From the NCBI GenBank assembly GCA_903813345.2, contig CAIIXF020000001.1, positions 6,510,001-6,574,000 of the forward strand: DNA of 64,000 nt. The letters are read 5' to 3'. The notes under the pieces are model-generated. The model did not search any database. It was not told where the DNA came from and was given only the letters and a program-made list of their open reading frames with translations. The position numbers and the translations under genes are program-made. The stretch comes from Owenia fusiformis (Eukaryota). Below are positions 24,380-37,700 of the stretch, piece after piece (the stretch's first letter is position 1; every line of letters starts with the position of its first letter).

Positions 24380-24722
24380 CGTTCATGTTGTATTTCAGTA
24401 TATCGGCAGTAAGTTCACTCAATGGAGTCAAATTACTCTCCTGGGCGAAGTCCACTAAAGCTTTGTACAAAGTTTTAGATTTTTCTTCGTATTTTGACTG
24501 TCTTTACTCTCTAAGAGACTAATAATATCCTCATCTTCAACATTTTTAAAACGGCTAGTGCTAGCGGCGGCCATTTTATCGTCTGCTGATAATGACGTCA
24601 TTTTAGTGGAATGCTGGGAATATTATTCACCGGCAATGCATTGCGCGGTGTACAGTTAAAATTATTCACCGCTCGTTGACCAATCAAAATCGAGTATTTC
24701 AACTGAGGTACTAACAATATAC
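24380..24722 (-). mobile_element. Crypton-type (tyrosine recombinase DNA transposon) 5' fragment
   Basis: Minus-strand ATG at 24574 gives MAAASTSRFKNVEDEDIISLLESKDSQNTKK, then a frameshift to KALVDFAQESNLTPLSELTADIL, resembling the N-terminus of Crypton recombinases. Upstream GAAATACTCGATTTTGATTGGTCAA resembles Crypton terminal sequence (recalled, not searched). Confidence 0.55.
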
Positions 24723-27700
24723 ATTGTATATCAAATTCTCTTTTAAAGAAGCTAAATGAAACTATTTGAAAAGGTTTGAAACTGCCAGGCGTACACACGT
24801 TGTGTAATCTCCTCCTGGGAATATACTCTCGATATATTCGTTACAAACATCATGAACATGGCCAAGAGAGATGTACCTTGCGCGCAGAGTATAGTTGTAA
24901 ACTATCAAAACTGAATGCAAAGGGTAAGAGAGATGAGGGCCTGGGTAACATTTAGATTTACCTAGGATTTACGTAATAATTTCATGGTGTTAATGAGCTA
25001 TCATGTGGATGGATGCTTTTAATTAAACAACCTATCTGATATCCTGCTTCATTTCAACATACATTTCGGGGTTACGTAGCTGTTCGTTGGCGTTGCCAGG
25101 GGTGCGATGTGTGCATAAAAATTGGGTGTAAAATTAAAAATTAAACTATAACTATATAAAGTTTTTTAAATATCATGGAAAATGATTTAAATAGTAATAA
25201 CTGCGTGAATCAAAGCTATCTTAGAAGACCCATCTATGCTCAGGAGATGCAAGATTCCACAATCAGTATTTTTTTCTAAAATTAGATTTAGGATAACGTA
25301 ATGCTCAGGTTCATGGGGAATATACCAAAACAAACAAACAAATTCGAGACAGATGTTTTTACTATCCGTTAACTTAGAATTAACCTAGACTAGTATTCTC
25401 AAAATGTAACGAGAATCTTGGAAATGAGAAATATGTATTGAAATAAGTGGATGGCATTCTGATTTATCAGAGTCCCTCTTTACCTAACGCTTTTGAGAGA
25501 ACTATTCCAAAAGGATAGTAAAGGCTGTGGATCCCACAATGAGTGGATGGATATTTCCCAAATTTATCATCACAAGGCATTGTTTGTCGCAACATTCTCT
25601 AAATTCGAACAATATTGCAATCAAGTGATTGTAATGAAAAGGCAGTCATAAGAAGTCGACTAGTTGAGCATAAAAGGTCAATCATACAAACAATTCTATT
25701 TTCTCATTTTCATGATTTTAGAAGGTACAACTTTGAAAATATTAAGTATAAAGACATGAAAGACACCTGCTCATCACTAAAGTACAACCTCTACTATTAC
25801 GTTTATGCCAATTACTAACGCTCGTACAAGTCCCTACCAGATGGCTAGGTTGACGACACACATTGCCATTACAAAATCATATTCACAGTGAAATTATATA
25901 TAACGAAATTCTGACTCTTTGATAAAGAAAACCCATTAATAGTATAGAAATTATAATTAGGATTTATTGAACAAACACAATGGCTGGAATGGGATTCAAT
26001 GGAATCAATGGGATTTGAATATATCCAGTCCAGCTGAAAGTCAAGATACTCGAATACGAAATTTTACTGTGACACTGACGTGATTGAAGTCACATTTGAT
26101 GAAGTCACAAAACTAAAAGATTTGAGAACATTTTGAAGAGAGTTGATGGATATGCATAGCTAGAGATCAAAGGTAGGTTAAGACATGGACCATGGTTCAG
26201 ATTATGAGGTTATATGCAAGAGGGATGGAGTTTTTATGCTGATTTTCGGTTCTTGGTTCTTGTTTTCGAGAAGGTGTTCCGACCTAATAATGATATCAAA
26301 TTGAACAACGGATTAGGTTCTCCCGAAGGAGAACCTTTGGTTTTGACTATTTTATATATATTTATACATTGTGTTGCCCAATAAAGAGCTTTAAAAGATA
26401 TGGTAGATAAGAATACACGAATGACACATATAATTGTAATGAGAATTTGAAATAAAGCGATCGAATCGTTTCCTCATGATAGGCAAGTATAGTTTGGATT
26501 GCCAAAATCATGTAGACCACAGCATAAGACACGGGCAAGAAATTGGATATAAGCAATGAGCCCCGATAAATTACTTTTCATTAACTACTATATTTAATGA
26601 TTGATAAACAAAAGAAGCAAAAAAGTGATGGTCCCTGACATTGAAATAAGCACTCGGCAAATGTTTCTTCAACAAGTACGATGAAGTGTGAAGAAGAGTT
26701 TGATTCATGGGAAACACCTCGTGTGCTTCTTGAGATATAGCATTTAGATGTGATAAATTGAAATATATTTCTGGAAATGTTCTCATGCATGGTATTTATC
26801 ATTTCTACAGATATTCCCGGTGAAGGAGACGGATTGGTTTTAGATTGTAGTCATATTTCATCTCAGTTTGCTTGTAAATATGCGCAAAATGCAGGCACAA
26901 ATGAACAAGTGATGAATGTTCGGAACCGTCGATGTATTTAGAATAAAAAGGCTGATATCGTGATATCAATTGACTGAGTATGTTTAGTTTTGAATTTTAT
27001 ATTGAATGCCACTTTTGATACGCCGTTTTGATAATTGAATTAAAAACGAACGTTCTACTTAAAGTAATAATTACCTTTCGAAAGGAGGTTAATATTTATC
27101 CTCATTTTATGGTTATTTTAACAGGGTAATAAATACCGATAAGTATTTAGGGCACAAAGAACTTCTCTTGCATTGCTAAATAAATAGTTTTGGGCTTTTT
27201 AGCACAGTGTCGGTCTTGTTTCTATTTTGAAAGTATAGTTCATACATCTTCGGTATTTCAAAGAAAGGATATGATGACAGTCCGGAAATAATTTGAATGT
27301 GTGTTACCTCAATATCAATGCAAGGTTCTGCATGTGAAACTGAAATGAACAATCCGACTGATAACCAGTTTTGCCAAAAAAGAACATAAATAACAATCCG
27401 AATCTAAACTACCCAGTATTAAACCTCATCTAAAATAAATAACGCGCTGGTTCAAGTGCCCAAAATAAAATATGTGAACAATATTTGTGTAGAGGTTTTT
27501 ACATCTGGATAATATCTCAGGACTACACACAGTTGAAACATGAAATATCAGATACAAAAATAGAATAATGTAGACTTGGATGATCTGAATTCAAAACTTT
27601 TAACAGCTTTATCGTCTGGAAAACATCTTTAAAATATTTTGAAGGAGGTACGTAGAAATTGATACAAATAAAAAAAGTTGTTAACCGCTATGGTTTAGCA

Positions 27701-28645
27701 AATACATTTGCATTTTTACATTAGAAACTTATTAACATGTCATGATAAATGGTACTTTCATATCCTTCGGATGTTTCTCTCATTTTAATTCAACTTTAAC
27801 TGTTATCAGAGGGATATGCTAACTCATCACTAGCATGAATACTGAATAGTTGTTAAAACTTTAATTAACTTTTTTATTATCCTATTCATATAATTAGATT
27901 AAAAGGAACATTGTACGAGGCCTTTTTGATTCTATGACAAGGTTTCAGTTGCTCAAACTTTTTGTTATAATAACACCTTGGAAGTCGAAGATGGTACCAT
28001 TAGTCGATACATGCACATTAGTTAATATAAATTCATATGAAATCTACTTTGATGTGGGAAAAGATACATATATATTAACTTTCAATTTAATTTGATCATT
28101 TCGATCCTTATATTTTGAATCATAGACAATGTTATCTTTTAACTTTATGGCTCCGGCATCCTAATTGTTCATTCTTTTTATATCTTGTCCCAGATATGAG
28201 ACAATGATCTTCACAATTACTTAAAGATACTCTTGGGTCTCGTACATAACTTCCTACTGATAAAGATAACTTTTAAGCTTACTTCATCATGAATCATCCT
28301 ATCTCTTTCATATGTAAATCATAAATAAAGATAAAAAACCATAATAAACCAAAGGGTATTGACGTACATTTATTGGTCACCCTGACCTCCACCGATAAAT
28401 AATGAGTACCATTCACCATAAGTCAAATAAAAACAATTTTTGTCTAACCACTCCTGATGAATGGACCAGCATATGGACGTTCAAGTTATATTATTCTTTC
28501 TTCTATATATCCGAATGTAACGTATGTTTCTTTAGTTCATTTAAGACTCATCAAATTCATAGATAAGTCGAATCTAAATCCATGTGTGTTTGTAATTAAA
28601 CCTGGATTTAGATAATCCAAAAACGTTACTCCAGACGCCTATGTA

Positions 28646-29709
28646 CGAGGGTTGTCCCATAAGTCTTGAAATTTTTATTCTAATTCATAGAATATTTGAG
28701 ATACAGTGATAAAAATTTCACATTTTGTAACTTAGATATATTTCTACTATCTCTGTAAGTTTCATAGCATAATAAGATCATTTGTTAATGTTACAGATGA
28801 TTTAAAATGGAATGTTGGGGGTACCCGGGGCAGAAAACAGCATAATAATATAAATATGAAGTAAAAATTAAGGATTTTGGGAACCCCTGGCTCAGCTCAA
28901 CACGTTTCCTTTTCTGCTCCTCTGTCAGAATATGTGGAACGAATCTAGGGGCTACCTTTGACATCCCAAGGTCTTTCTTCATTACTGAGCAGTGGGCCTA
29001 CTCTTACTAATATCAAAGTCTAGGGTGATCTTCCTACACTGGCTAGTTCTCCTTTCAGCCCTTATACACTCCGCAATATGTGACATGAGATCGTCACTGA
29101 ATTTTGGCCTTCCACTTCTAGGAGCATCCTCCAGGCTGGTATCTCCAGTTTTTAACTTCTTCTGTCACCTCCATATTGTAGGTGCACTCGGAGTTTACTG
29201 TCTATATACTTTTTCCATGGCTGTTCTTGTTTGTGTAGGTGTATGCCCTAAGGAGGCGTGGTATTGCACAACTGCACGCAAACATTTAACATCTGGTGAC
29301 AAAATCCCTGCCATTTTGATTATTAAAATGCTGTGGCTCTGTACCAAAATTGAGCAATTGTGCTAGTTTGTGACATCACTGAGGTATTTCTTAAGATTTT
29401 ACCAAGAATACAGTGTTTTTGTCAATCTTGAAGGGTGATTTACAATTTAAGATGCATACCATCCTTTAAAATCCTTAATACTCCCACGACTCCATTTTAC
29501 ATTTTTACTATATTTCATTACTGCCCCACCCCCCGACTCCCCCGGTCACCATAGCAATCATTATAGTAACTCAAGTTCATAATTTTGTTATGAAACTATC
29601 ACATGTTGAAGATAATTGATTGATCTTGTTATATACCAATTTTCAGCCAAATTCATTAAAATATTTTTGAATTAGAATAAAAATTTCAAGACTTATGGGA
29701 CAACCCTCG
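28646..29709 (-). mobile_element. Internally deleted mariner element with a transposase N-terminal pseudogene
   Basis: 42-bp perfect TIR CGAGGGTTGTCCCATAAGTCTTGAAATTTTTATTCTAATTCA; TA TSD (28644-45, 29710-11). The minus strand encodes ...TGDTSLEDAPRSGRPK... and KDLGMSKVAPRFVPHILTEEQKRKRV (mariner HTH/WVPH region) with internal stops. Confidence 0.92.
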
Positions 29710-30418
29710 TACATTGATATACGGCGCGGCGTATTTACAGTTAGTCACCGAACACCACGCAGACATGGGCGACCAGTATGATATGTTTACTGCCTAGCCT
29801 ATATGTATTTCATTCAAGAGAACTTCCCAAAAGGAAGTGCCTGTAATTCAAAAACCTTGATAAGATTTTATGAATGAAAGTGCAAACTATGAATACTTCA
29901 ATTCAAAAAGGATATTTGAGTTGTTAACAGGCAGTCACAGGTACAGTTTTTAATATTATTATAACATTTAGAAGATCAATATTCTGTCTGAAGTGTGGTT
30001 TCTAAAGAGAAATGTGGTGGATTGGATCTGGATCCGGGATCAGATTATTATAGAATTTAGAATTACTAATATATAGAATCTACTCATTGTTGGCAGCAGT
30101 CTTTCTTGACAGGTTGTACTTGTGTAGAAAGGGTGTTTATATTTGTAGTGTACAATATACAGTTCATAATTTATACAGTAAGTTTAGGCAGGTAAGTTAG
30201 CTTATATTTTATTTTAGGAATCATTTATTGTATAAGGCACATGCAGTACTGATATGGAGATTACATATAAGACCCTGCAGTAATACTTCTTATAGGAGAA
30301 TATTGGAGCATTGTTGATGCTTCAAGGCATGGCATTATTAGGCGCAGCTGTTGATAAATTCATCAATTATAAAATTTTGATAGGATATACATAATTCTGG
30401 ACTTCAAACACATTTTCC

Positions 30419-30481
30419 CAACTCATCTTTCCAACGGATCAACTCATCTTTCCAAAGGATCAACTCGTCTTTTCAAAAGAT
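30419..30481 (+). repeat. 21-bp tandem repeat, 3 copies
   Basis: CAACTCATCTTTCCAACGGAT / CAACTCATCTTTCCAAAGGAT / CAACTCGTCTTTTCAAAAGAT. Confidence 0.85.
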
Positions 30482-30545
30482 CAAAAAAAAATGTTTATAT
30501 AATATCTGCTGCACATTGGCCATGTAAAATATACAATATGGTTAA

Positions 30546-31033
30546 GCTGGACTACGCTCCGAAACGCAATCTTGGGTTGTTTCGGGGGTGAACTTTATCA
30601 TTTTGAGCTTAATGAAAGATTATAGAATGATGAACAAATGGGGCAAATCTTGTGTAGAAATACTTACGATAAATGTGTCATTTCAAAGATTTTTCATTGA
30701 ATTTGCTTCGATCGGAGCCGGCGATATGATTTTGGAAAGGTTTCTAAATGAAGAACGTGACGTCACTTCCATATCATAGCATTCAAAATAAGTAGCGTTT
30801 AATTACTCCCACCATCCATAATAATACGGTGGTGTAGCAGTAGAATCCTCGCTGAGCACTCGGGAGGCCCGGGTTCGAATCCTGCATGCGCCTTTTTATT
30901 TTTTTAACTAAATGATTGTTGTTTGATATTACGCAGAAAAAAACAATTTTTATTTACATAAACTTTATATTAGAGCTTGAAAATGTAAAAACAATATATG
31001 TCAACATATTGCGTTTTGGAGCGATGTGCAGGT
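30546..31033. mobile_element. TTAA-flanked non-autonomous TIR element (Kolobok-like) containing a tRNA-like segment
   Basis: TTAA at 30542-45 and 31034-37; imperfect TIRs GCTGGACTACGCTCCGAAACGCAAT / ATTGCGTTTTGGAGCGATGTGCAGGT. Confidence 0.65.
30823..30897 (+). pseudogene. tRNA-derived sequence (pseudo-tRNA or SINE head; loop reads AGC, Ala-like)
   Basis: A-box-like TGGTGTAGCAGTAG and perfect B-box GGTTCGAATCC with tRNA spacing, then a TTTTT terminator. The acceptor stem does not pair, so this is not a functional tRNA. Confidence 0.7.
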
Positions 31034-31133
31034 TTAATATATTATATTTTGTAATATGTATTGCCAATATGAAATAATTGCAAATATAAAGGGATTGTAT
31101 AAACAGTACAAAATATGCTTTATACATGGGATA

Positions 31134-31339
31134 CAGGCCCGTAGCCAGGATTTGCCAAGGGGGGGTTCAGTTTTCAAAAATTTCCAGGGGGGGTTCACAT
31201 TTGACAATTTTGACCCAAATATGGCTAAAATCACTTGAGAAGTGCTCAAAATGGTGAAAAACTGCATGAATTTGAAAGAATTTTTGGCTAGGGGGGGTTC
31301 GCCCGAATCCTGCGAACCCCCCCCCTGGCTACGGGCCTG
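31134..31339 (+). mobile_element. MITE of the CAGGCCCGTAGCCAGG family, copy 1 (hAT-like, short TSD)
   Basis: TIR CAGGCCCGTAGCCAGG / CCTGGCTACGGGCCTG; 5-bp TSD GGATA. Confidence 0.85.
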
Positions 31340-31760
31340 GGATACTAACAGATTAATCCTGTTTCACATGTTAACACCATGAAAAAACACGACATGGCCA
31401 GTTTGAAACCATTGGAAAAAAGAGGAAAACATAGCATATAAAAGGCTATGCTTATTTCCATGAGCATCCTGCCAATGGCATCATTGAAAAACCAGGTGTA
31501 ATATGACTGAATCTGTCGAATTTGTCACAATGGCATTTCAGTCAATCCAGACTTATCAAAGGACTATAGTGTAACACAATTTTTGATTTGATTTGTTATA
31601 TGAAATAAATCCTAATATTGATAACTAATGGAACATTGACTTCAAAAAACTCCACACCTGTATATGTCAGCTGATATATGTGTATCTTTTATTTTTATTT
31701 TCAGATTTTCAAAGTTACAAAAAGGAAATTTACACCAGATGTAACAGCAAGAGCTTTAAC

Positions 31761-34700
31761 ATGGAGTACCCCTCAATTTGTTCCATAATAGGAACCCTCA
31801 TCCTAGTCTACATCATTTCTCCTATACAGTGCAGTAAGTAAAATATTTGATACTCTTGCTTTAGACCCCTCCACATCCAACCAATCCCCCCTAACCCCTC
31901 CACATCCACCCCCCCCCCACTATCCACATCCCTTTTTCAAAAATGTCCCTCCTTAGTCATTTAACCATTTATTCAAAAGACAGGAATTGATTTGGTGAAA
32001 AAGTGGTCAAAGTACCATTAGTACCAATAGACAATTTGGACTGAAAGAGTGAAGTTGAGGAAGCGAATTTAGGGGGGAGGGGGTAATGGGGAGATACAGG
32101 ACTACAGTCAGTGGGTTGATATTTGAACTAGTAAATCTTGTCATTACTTTATACTTTTCAACCAGTCAGCTCTCGTTTTCCTGGCGCATAAATGTAATTT
32201 CATGTGGAGTGTGTTAATGTGCTTTTTATTATTTGCTGAACTGCATATGTATTTATAAATGTTGATTTAAAGTTTAACTATGACATCATATGAGTTTATA
32301 CTTTGGATAAGTGCAGATGTCCTGTCAGTGATTTTACCACATTTCATTTTTATTTTACTTTCTTTTTGAAATGTTGTAGAATAAGCTTTAATCAGGCCCG
32401 TAACCAGGATTTGCCAAGGGGGTTCACTTTTTGAAAAATTCCAGGGGGAGGTTCACTTGTTACAATTTTGTATTGAACCTCCCCCTGGCTACGGGCCTGT
32501 TTAATATAGATGTTTACAAGTGTGAATAGAGTGATATTTAATGTGAGGGATATGGAGCATTTTCAGCATGGTGACACTTTAATAATCATTGAAATGTGGT
32601 AAAAAGGTAGTAGGTGTTATGTCAGTACTTATCTGCTATCTCTGTTGTTTGACCTTATCTATAACAGCAGTAATCATTATTTATAACATTATAGCCTAAA
32701 GTGCCTAACTGTGCATAAAGTTGTATTGATAAGAAAGATGTAGAATTATTACTTCATAAATTATGATAATTTAGGTAATGAATGTGCCAAAATAACATGC
32801 TTGGTTCAAGGATATTTCACATCTTGCCATGTTGAATTGAAAAAGCAATAAAGCGTTTTAATGAAGGATGCTATAATAACTGATAAAGGCACAAGCGATG
32901 ACTGGTTTGCTAATTCTTTACTTATAAATCTTTTCTTGCATTCCTTGGCAGTACAGGTCTTACTTGTGTTTTCAAATCAAATGAAATGTTGCCGCAAATG
33001 TTATTTCTACTGTTGTTTGACAAAACAAAATGAAAATAAAAAAATGAATGTGATATCTGTACAAATTGAGTGGCCTGTAAATATATGAAATCAATGTAAT
33101 GTGAGATACTCACCAGATGTTAATTGAATAAGAGTGTATAATAGTCAGAAATAATTCAAGATTATGTGAAGTACTCTGTAGGACACCCACATTTTGGCAC
33201 CTACTTCATTTAATTTCAAAACAGAGAGGTTTTATGATTTCTATAAACATCTCAATCACCATTCAGTAGAGCAGTTCTTTCCAGTTTAGTTCTGACCATG
33301 ACATAAACTACCATTACAATATCTAATATTTGTTCAATTGCCCCAAGACTGAAAAGTAAATGACATGACATCATTTATCATGATGTCATTTCATGTGTGA
33401 TATCTTGTAAAAGTGCATTTAATGCAACTCGTATCAGGCAAAATCAAACACTTACTTTCTAGAGCAACAGAAATTGCTTTTTTACCATAACATTGAGGAA
33501 CATGGAATTTTAATATTGTAATCACTAGTTTAATAATGGAATTATATAATAACATAATATGCCAATAAAAGTTATACACAATACATTGATAAATTGATAT
33601 TATATATCTCATATGAGGAGTGTGAGAAATTGGCCATCACTGGCAGATTTAGATTACAGGATTATCTGGCAGCTGGTCTTGTAGAATTAATTAACATTAA
33701 TTGATACATATATCTATTCTTCTTAGGCTTTTACATCCATTAATATTTCATACTGGTGGACTGTTGATTAATTTGCAATATGGGAATCAGTGGCTTTAAG
33801 TCTTGTATAAAGTCTCTTAACCGCTCCCTCCAACAAGGGCTGAATTCAAGACTCACTCAAAGAAACAAGAACTCAAACGTATAGAAAGTAAGAAAAATTG
33901 AGAAAAATCAATCAAAGACGAGCTGTTAGTATTTGAAGCAGCTTTGTCAAACATCATGTTGACATTGCAAATATATTTTCCATTAAATTTGCGTTATGTT
34001 GAGGTGACCATGCAAATACATGTTCATGAGAATGGCAACACGAGCAACATATTGAGAGAATCCATTTAAAAATGTTAATTTCTTTGAGATGGTTGATGAA
34101 CCCTAAACTGCTAAACCAGGCAATGACTGTTCATAGTATTTCAGTACAAATTCCACAACTTCAAATAAATCAACATTGTTCAAATTTTCCCTCATATCCT
34201 ATAGCAGCTGTCTTTATCTTCAGTCAGTCTGATAAGATGAAGAATGATGTTTCAAAAGTGAATCTTTGGGGGCAACTCACATTCTTTCCTCCTTTGACCA
34301 AATTTCTTTTTCTAAACAGCTGTGAAAACCCAACCATGTTGGTTCACTTGTTACCAGACATGCCAGCCAGGCATCATATCAGGCATTTTGTTGTATATTC
34401 AGGTCAGTAAGATGTTATCTTGAAAAAGGCAATGGACTCCCCAACGTCTAATGATTTGCCCCTTGTACAGGTGAACATATGTTGACAACAGTTGCTGGGG
34501 GCCTCCTAGGGTCAATATATGAACTAACTTTCCAAATAAAAACATTTATTTTGCACATTGCACAGAACTTTGCCACAATAGTTAACCTATTCTCATTTTC
34601 ACAAATTCCACAAATCATTTTCATTTTTACAAATTCTGGAATTGGGCATATCTTTGAAAATGATTTTATAATTATGTTGTAATTCCTTTTGATTCTAAGA

Positions 34701-37700
34701 CCTGTCCATTTAGGGGGCATAAATGTAAATGTCCTTAGGTTTAGAACTAGTTTAACAGTGTCACATTTAGAGAAATCGAAAATGCAATATATTCATTCTG
34801 TATGTTCAGAGAATGTGTTCCCTAATAGTAAGTTTTTCTGTATGTTAGATCTCTGCATATATTTGTGAGATGGAAGCAACACTCTCCACTCTACTCACCA
34901 CTAGGATATGTTTATGTTACAAAGTCCAGCCTGTTGGAAATCTGACACTCTACTCTCCACGTTATGTTGCTGGCTTAGGAATGTTTGATGGGAAACAATA
35001 GTATTTTGTATCAGAACATTGAAAAGTTCCTTATACCCCCTTATAAATCATCAGAATGGTTCTATGAAACAATGAAACAAAAAACAAATGATGAATCTTT
35101 TCATGGGCTTTCAATGCAGGAAACATGATAAAAATCATAGAACAAATTACTCACTCAGTATTTCAATAATCAATGTAAAATACATCATTCATCAGAAAGC
35201 AAAAGAAGCAACATTTAAAGAACACAAATGCATTCAAGTCAATGTAACCATAACGATTTATACATACACATGTTATGTTCAGGCTTTATGTCACCTGCAA
35301 GAAGTGGTGACATGACATTGATATCATTCATTTTTTGTGACTAGCATTCAATGTTGGTGTCTGTATCATTTAATGCACCTTCTAAGGTAAATACCTTGTT
35401 TTATATTGTTGACCTTATATATATATGGATTAAGAAGGGATTTGGCACTTTGGAGGGTTTGTACATCAGTAAAGGAGCATGCTCCTCACATTCCCAAGGT
35501 ACAACAGCTATCATGTATCATGACATGAACAAGATCCTCTTAAATCTGACAGTGTTAACTCTCTGTGATTAACAGATGGCCTGTTGGTTCACACTGTGTA
35601 CAGATGAGTCAGGGTTGGGTTAAGGCCAGATGCACATTCATGACCCTACACTGCTAGGTGTAAAGGTCTCACACTGTTATCTAAACAGAACCAATATCAG
35701 AACCCTTTACTAGAAAATGGTTCTTTGGTACTCTTGTATCAAGCCCTTGTGAAGCCAACACTTCTTTCCATATACCCCCTCCTCTCCCTCCTCCCCCATT
35801 TGCATTCATCTGACTTCAAGAGAGCTTTGTCTACAGTTAGTGAGAAACTTGACCCTGCATCCAGGGTACAAACAACACATAGTGCCAAATGCATTATAGG
35901 ACAGGGCCATACTTGGAAATGTGAGATGTTATCACTTATCAGTTATAGGGCACGCCCTCTCTAGTATGTTGCCTTGGCAAAGGGTACCATTTATTTAAAT
36001 GACTAGTAGACATTACACAAACTAGAAATTTATGTTTTCAAGACATTCTTGTGGTTGACTCTGTGAATTTTCAGGATTGTTGTGTGTGAATATTAAATTT
36101 GGAATCCAACCGTTGCATTTGAATTGCAGATTCAAAACTCTCTCCATATGGTTCCATCCACTAGTCATCTGTATCTTATTAGGTACTTATACAAACTGAT
36201 AAATAGTAAATTAGTCAAAGATTTTATGCAGTATAGTTCATCAGATGTGAGCCCTGATTTCCATTGCCAGTCAGTCCTTCCACTGACTATAACAGATGAT
36301 CTTACTGATCCTGATCTTAATGATCTCAATATGTAGCAACTTAGTTAGAGTAAGAAAGGTGTTTTCACTACTTTCATGGTCAGAAAATACAGTATAATAT
36401 TTCTTGATTGGATATAGGGTAGAATAAAGGATTATCTCAGAGTTTAAGTGTGTAGACGAACTCTTGAAAAGGGTAAGTCAGATCCACAGAAATCACTCTG
36501 ACATCTGGTTAGCAGTTCAGTTTATGCTTCACAAGAGGGATGGGTTATCTGGCCCTTTCACCAAAGTTACATCCTCAGGGTTCTATCTCCCCTTCAATAG
36601 AATGTGAATGATTTTCACACTTTTCACACTTGGGATCTGCTGTGATCTGAGAGGATTATGCAAGGATTAAAATAAGCAGTGGTAAAGTTAAGACTTTTAA
36701 CCTCATCAAGATACCAAAATAGCTACAACTTCATTCCGATTATCTCAAGAAAATTGTGAAATGTAATGCCTAGTGTTTATCTTTCAAAGGGATATTGCTA
36801 GTGTATATCAGAAGTGAATCTACTTGGAATCATCAAACAGCAAAGACTTCAGGAATTCCACATGTGTTATTAATTCTGCACGTCTGATTTTATCACTTGC
36901 TAAAGATTATGTAACATTATCAGAACATGGAAATGTAACATACTCACTTTTCTAACATTCACAACGTATCCCTAAATTTGAGACTAGTCATGGTTCAATC
37001 AATGGACCATGGGGTATTTTAATGAAATATGGCTGCTGAAAAATCCTCACAACCTGGTTGCAAATTCGAAGCTTTCACTGGCATTTAAGTTTTCTAAATT
37101 GAATCAGTATTTTTATTCCAAATTTTAAAAACACATTGCACAACAAGATCTATAATCTCTATTGACATTAAAAAAACTAAAGGTATTGTGAATTAGAAAA
37201 TATTTTTAAGTCTATCCATCCCAAGTTTTGGTAATATTAAGAATATAGGCATCTTCTTATTAAATGGGAGTCCAGAATACCCAAGTTATTACTGCAGGAG
37301 CTTATTAAAATTTGACATGAAAGTTCCTCTTGTTAGAGACAATGACATGGTTGAAATGGCTTGAAATGGCTTGTCATGTAAATATCTGACATTTCCTTGA
37401 TTGAGATTAAGGATAAGTTACAATATAAATGTTTAAATTAATTACAAACATATTTGCTCAGGGATTCTATTCCTAATACAGGACATTGATTTTATGATTT
37501 TCCTCATCTATAGATAGGCCTTCCCATTCTTATTGAATACTCCTAATAGACTATAAGGACTGTATGGCATTCTGATTTATCAGTCTCTTTATATCTAAAG
37601 CTTGTCTTCCAAGGGATAGATCAAACTGTGAGTTCTACAGTTCTACAATACTTGTAAGGGCATTATCCCATTATCAAAAATGATAAATGGGAATACTCCT

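Noticed and set aside
28992-29366. 124-aa plus-strand ORF
   Set aside because: It is the antisense shadow of the mariner transposase remnant.
30823-30897. Functional tRNA-Ala gene
   Set aside because: The acceptor stem is unpaired and the anticodon and T stems have mismatches.
33800-36900. Possible ancient retroelement or transposase debris (e.g. TDESGLG near 35600)
   Set aside because: The motifs are too sparse to assign without a search.
25451-37670. Shared ATGGCATTCTGATTTATCAG segment at ~25451 and ~37564
   Set aside because: Looks like two old copies of a dispersed repeat; boundaries and function cannot be supported.
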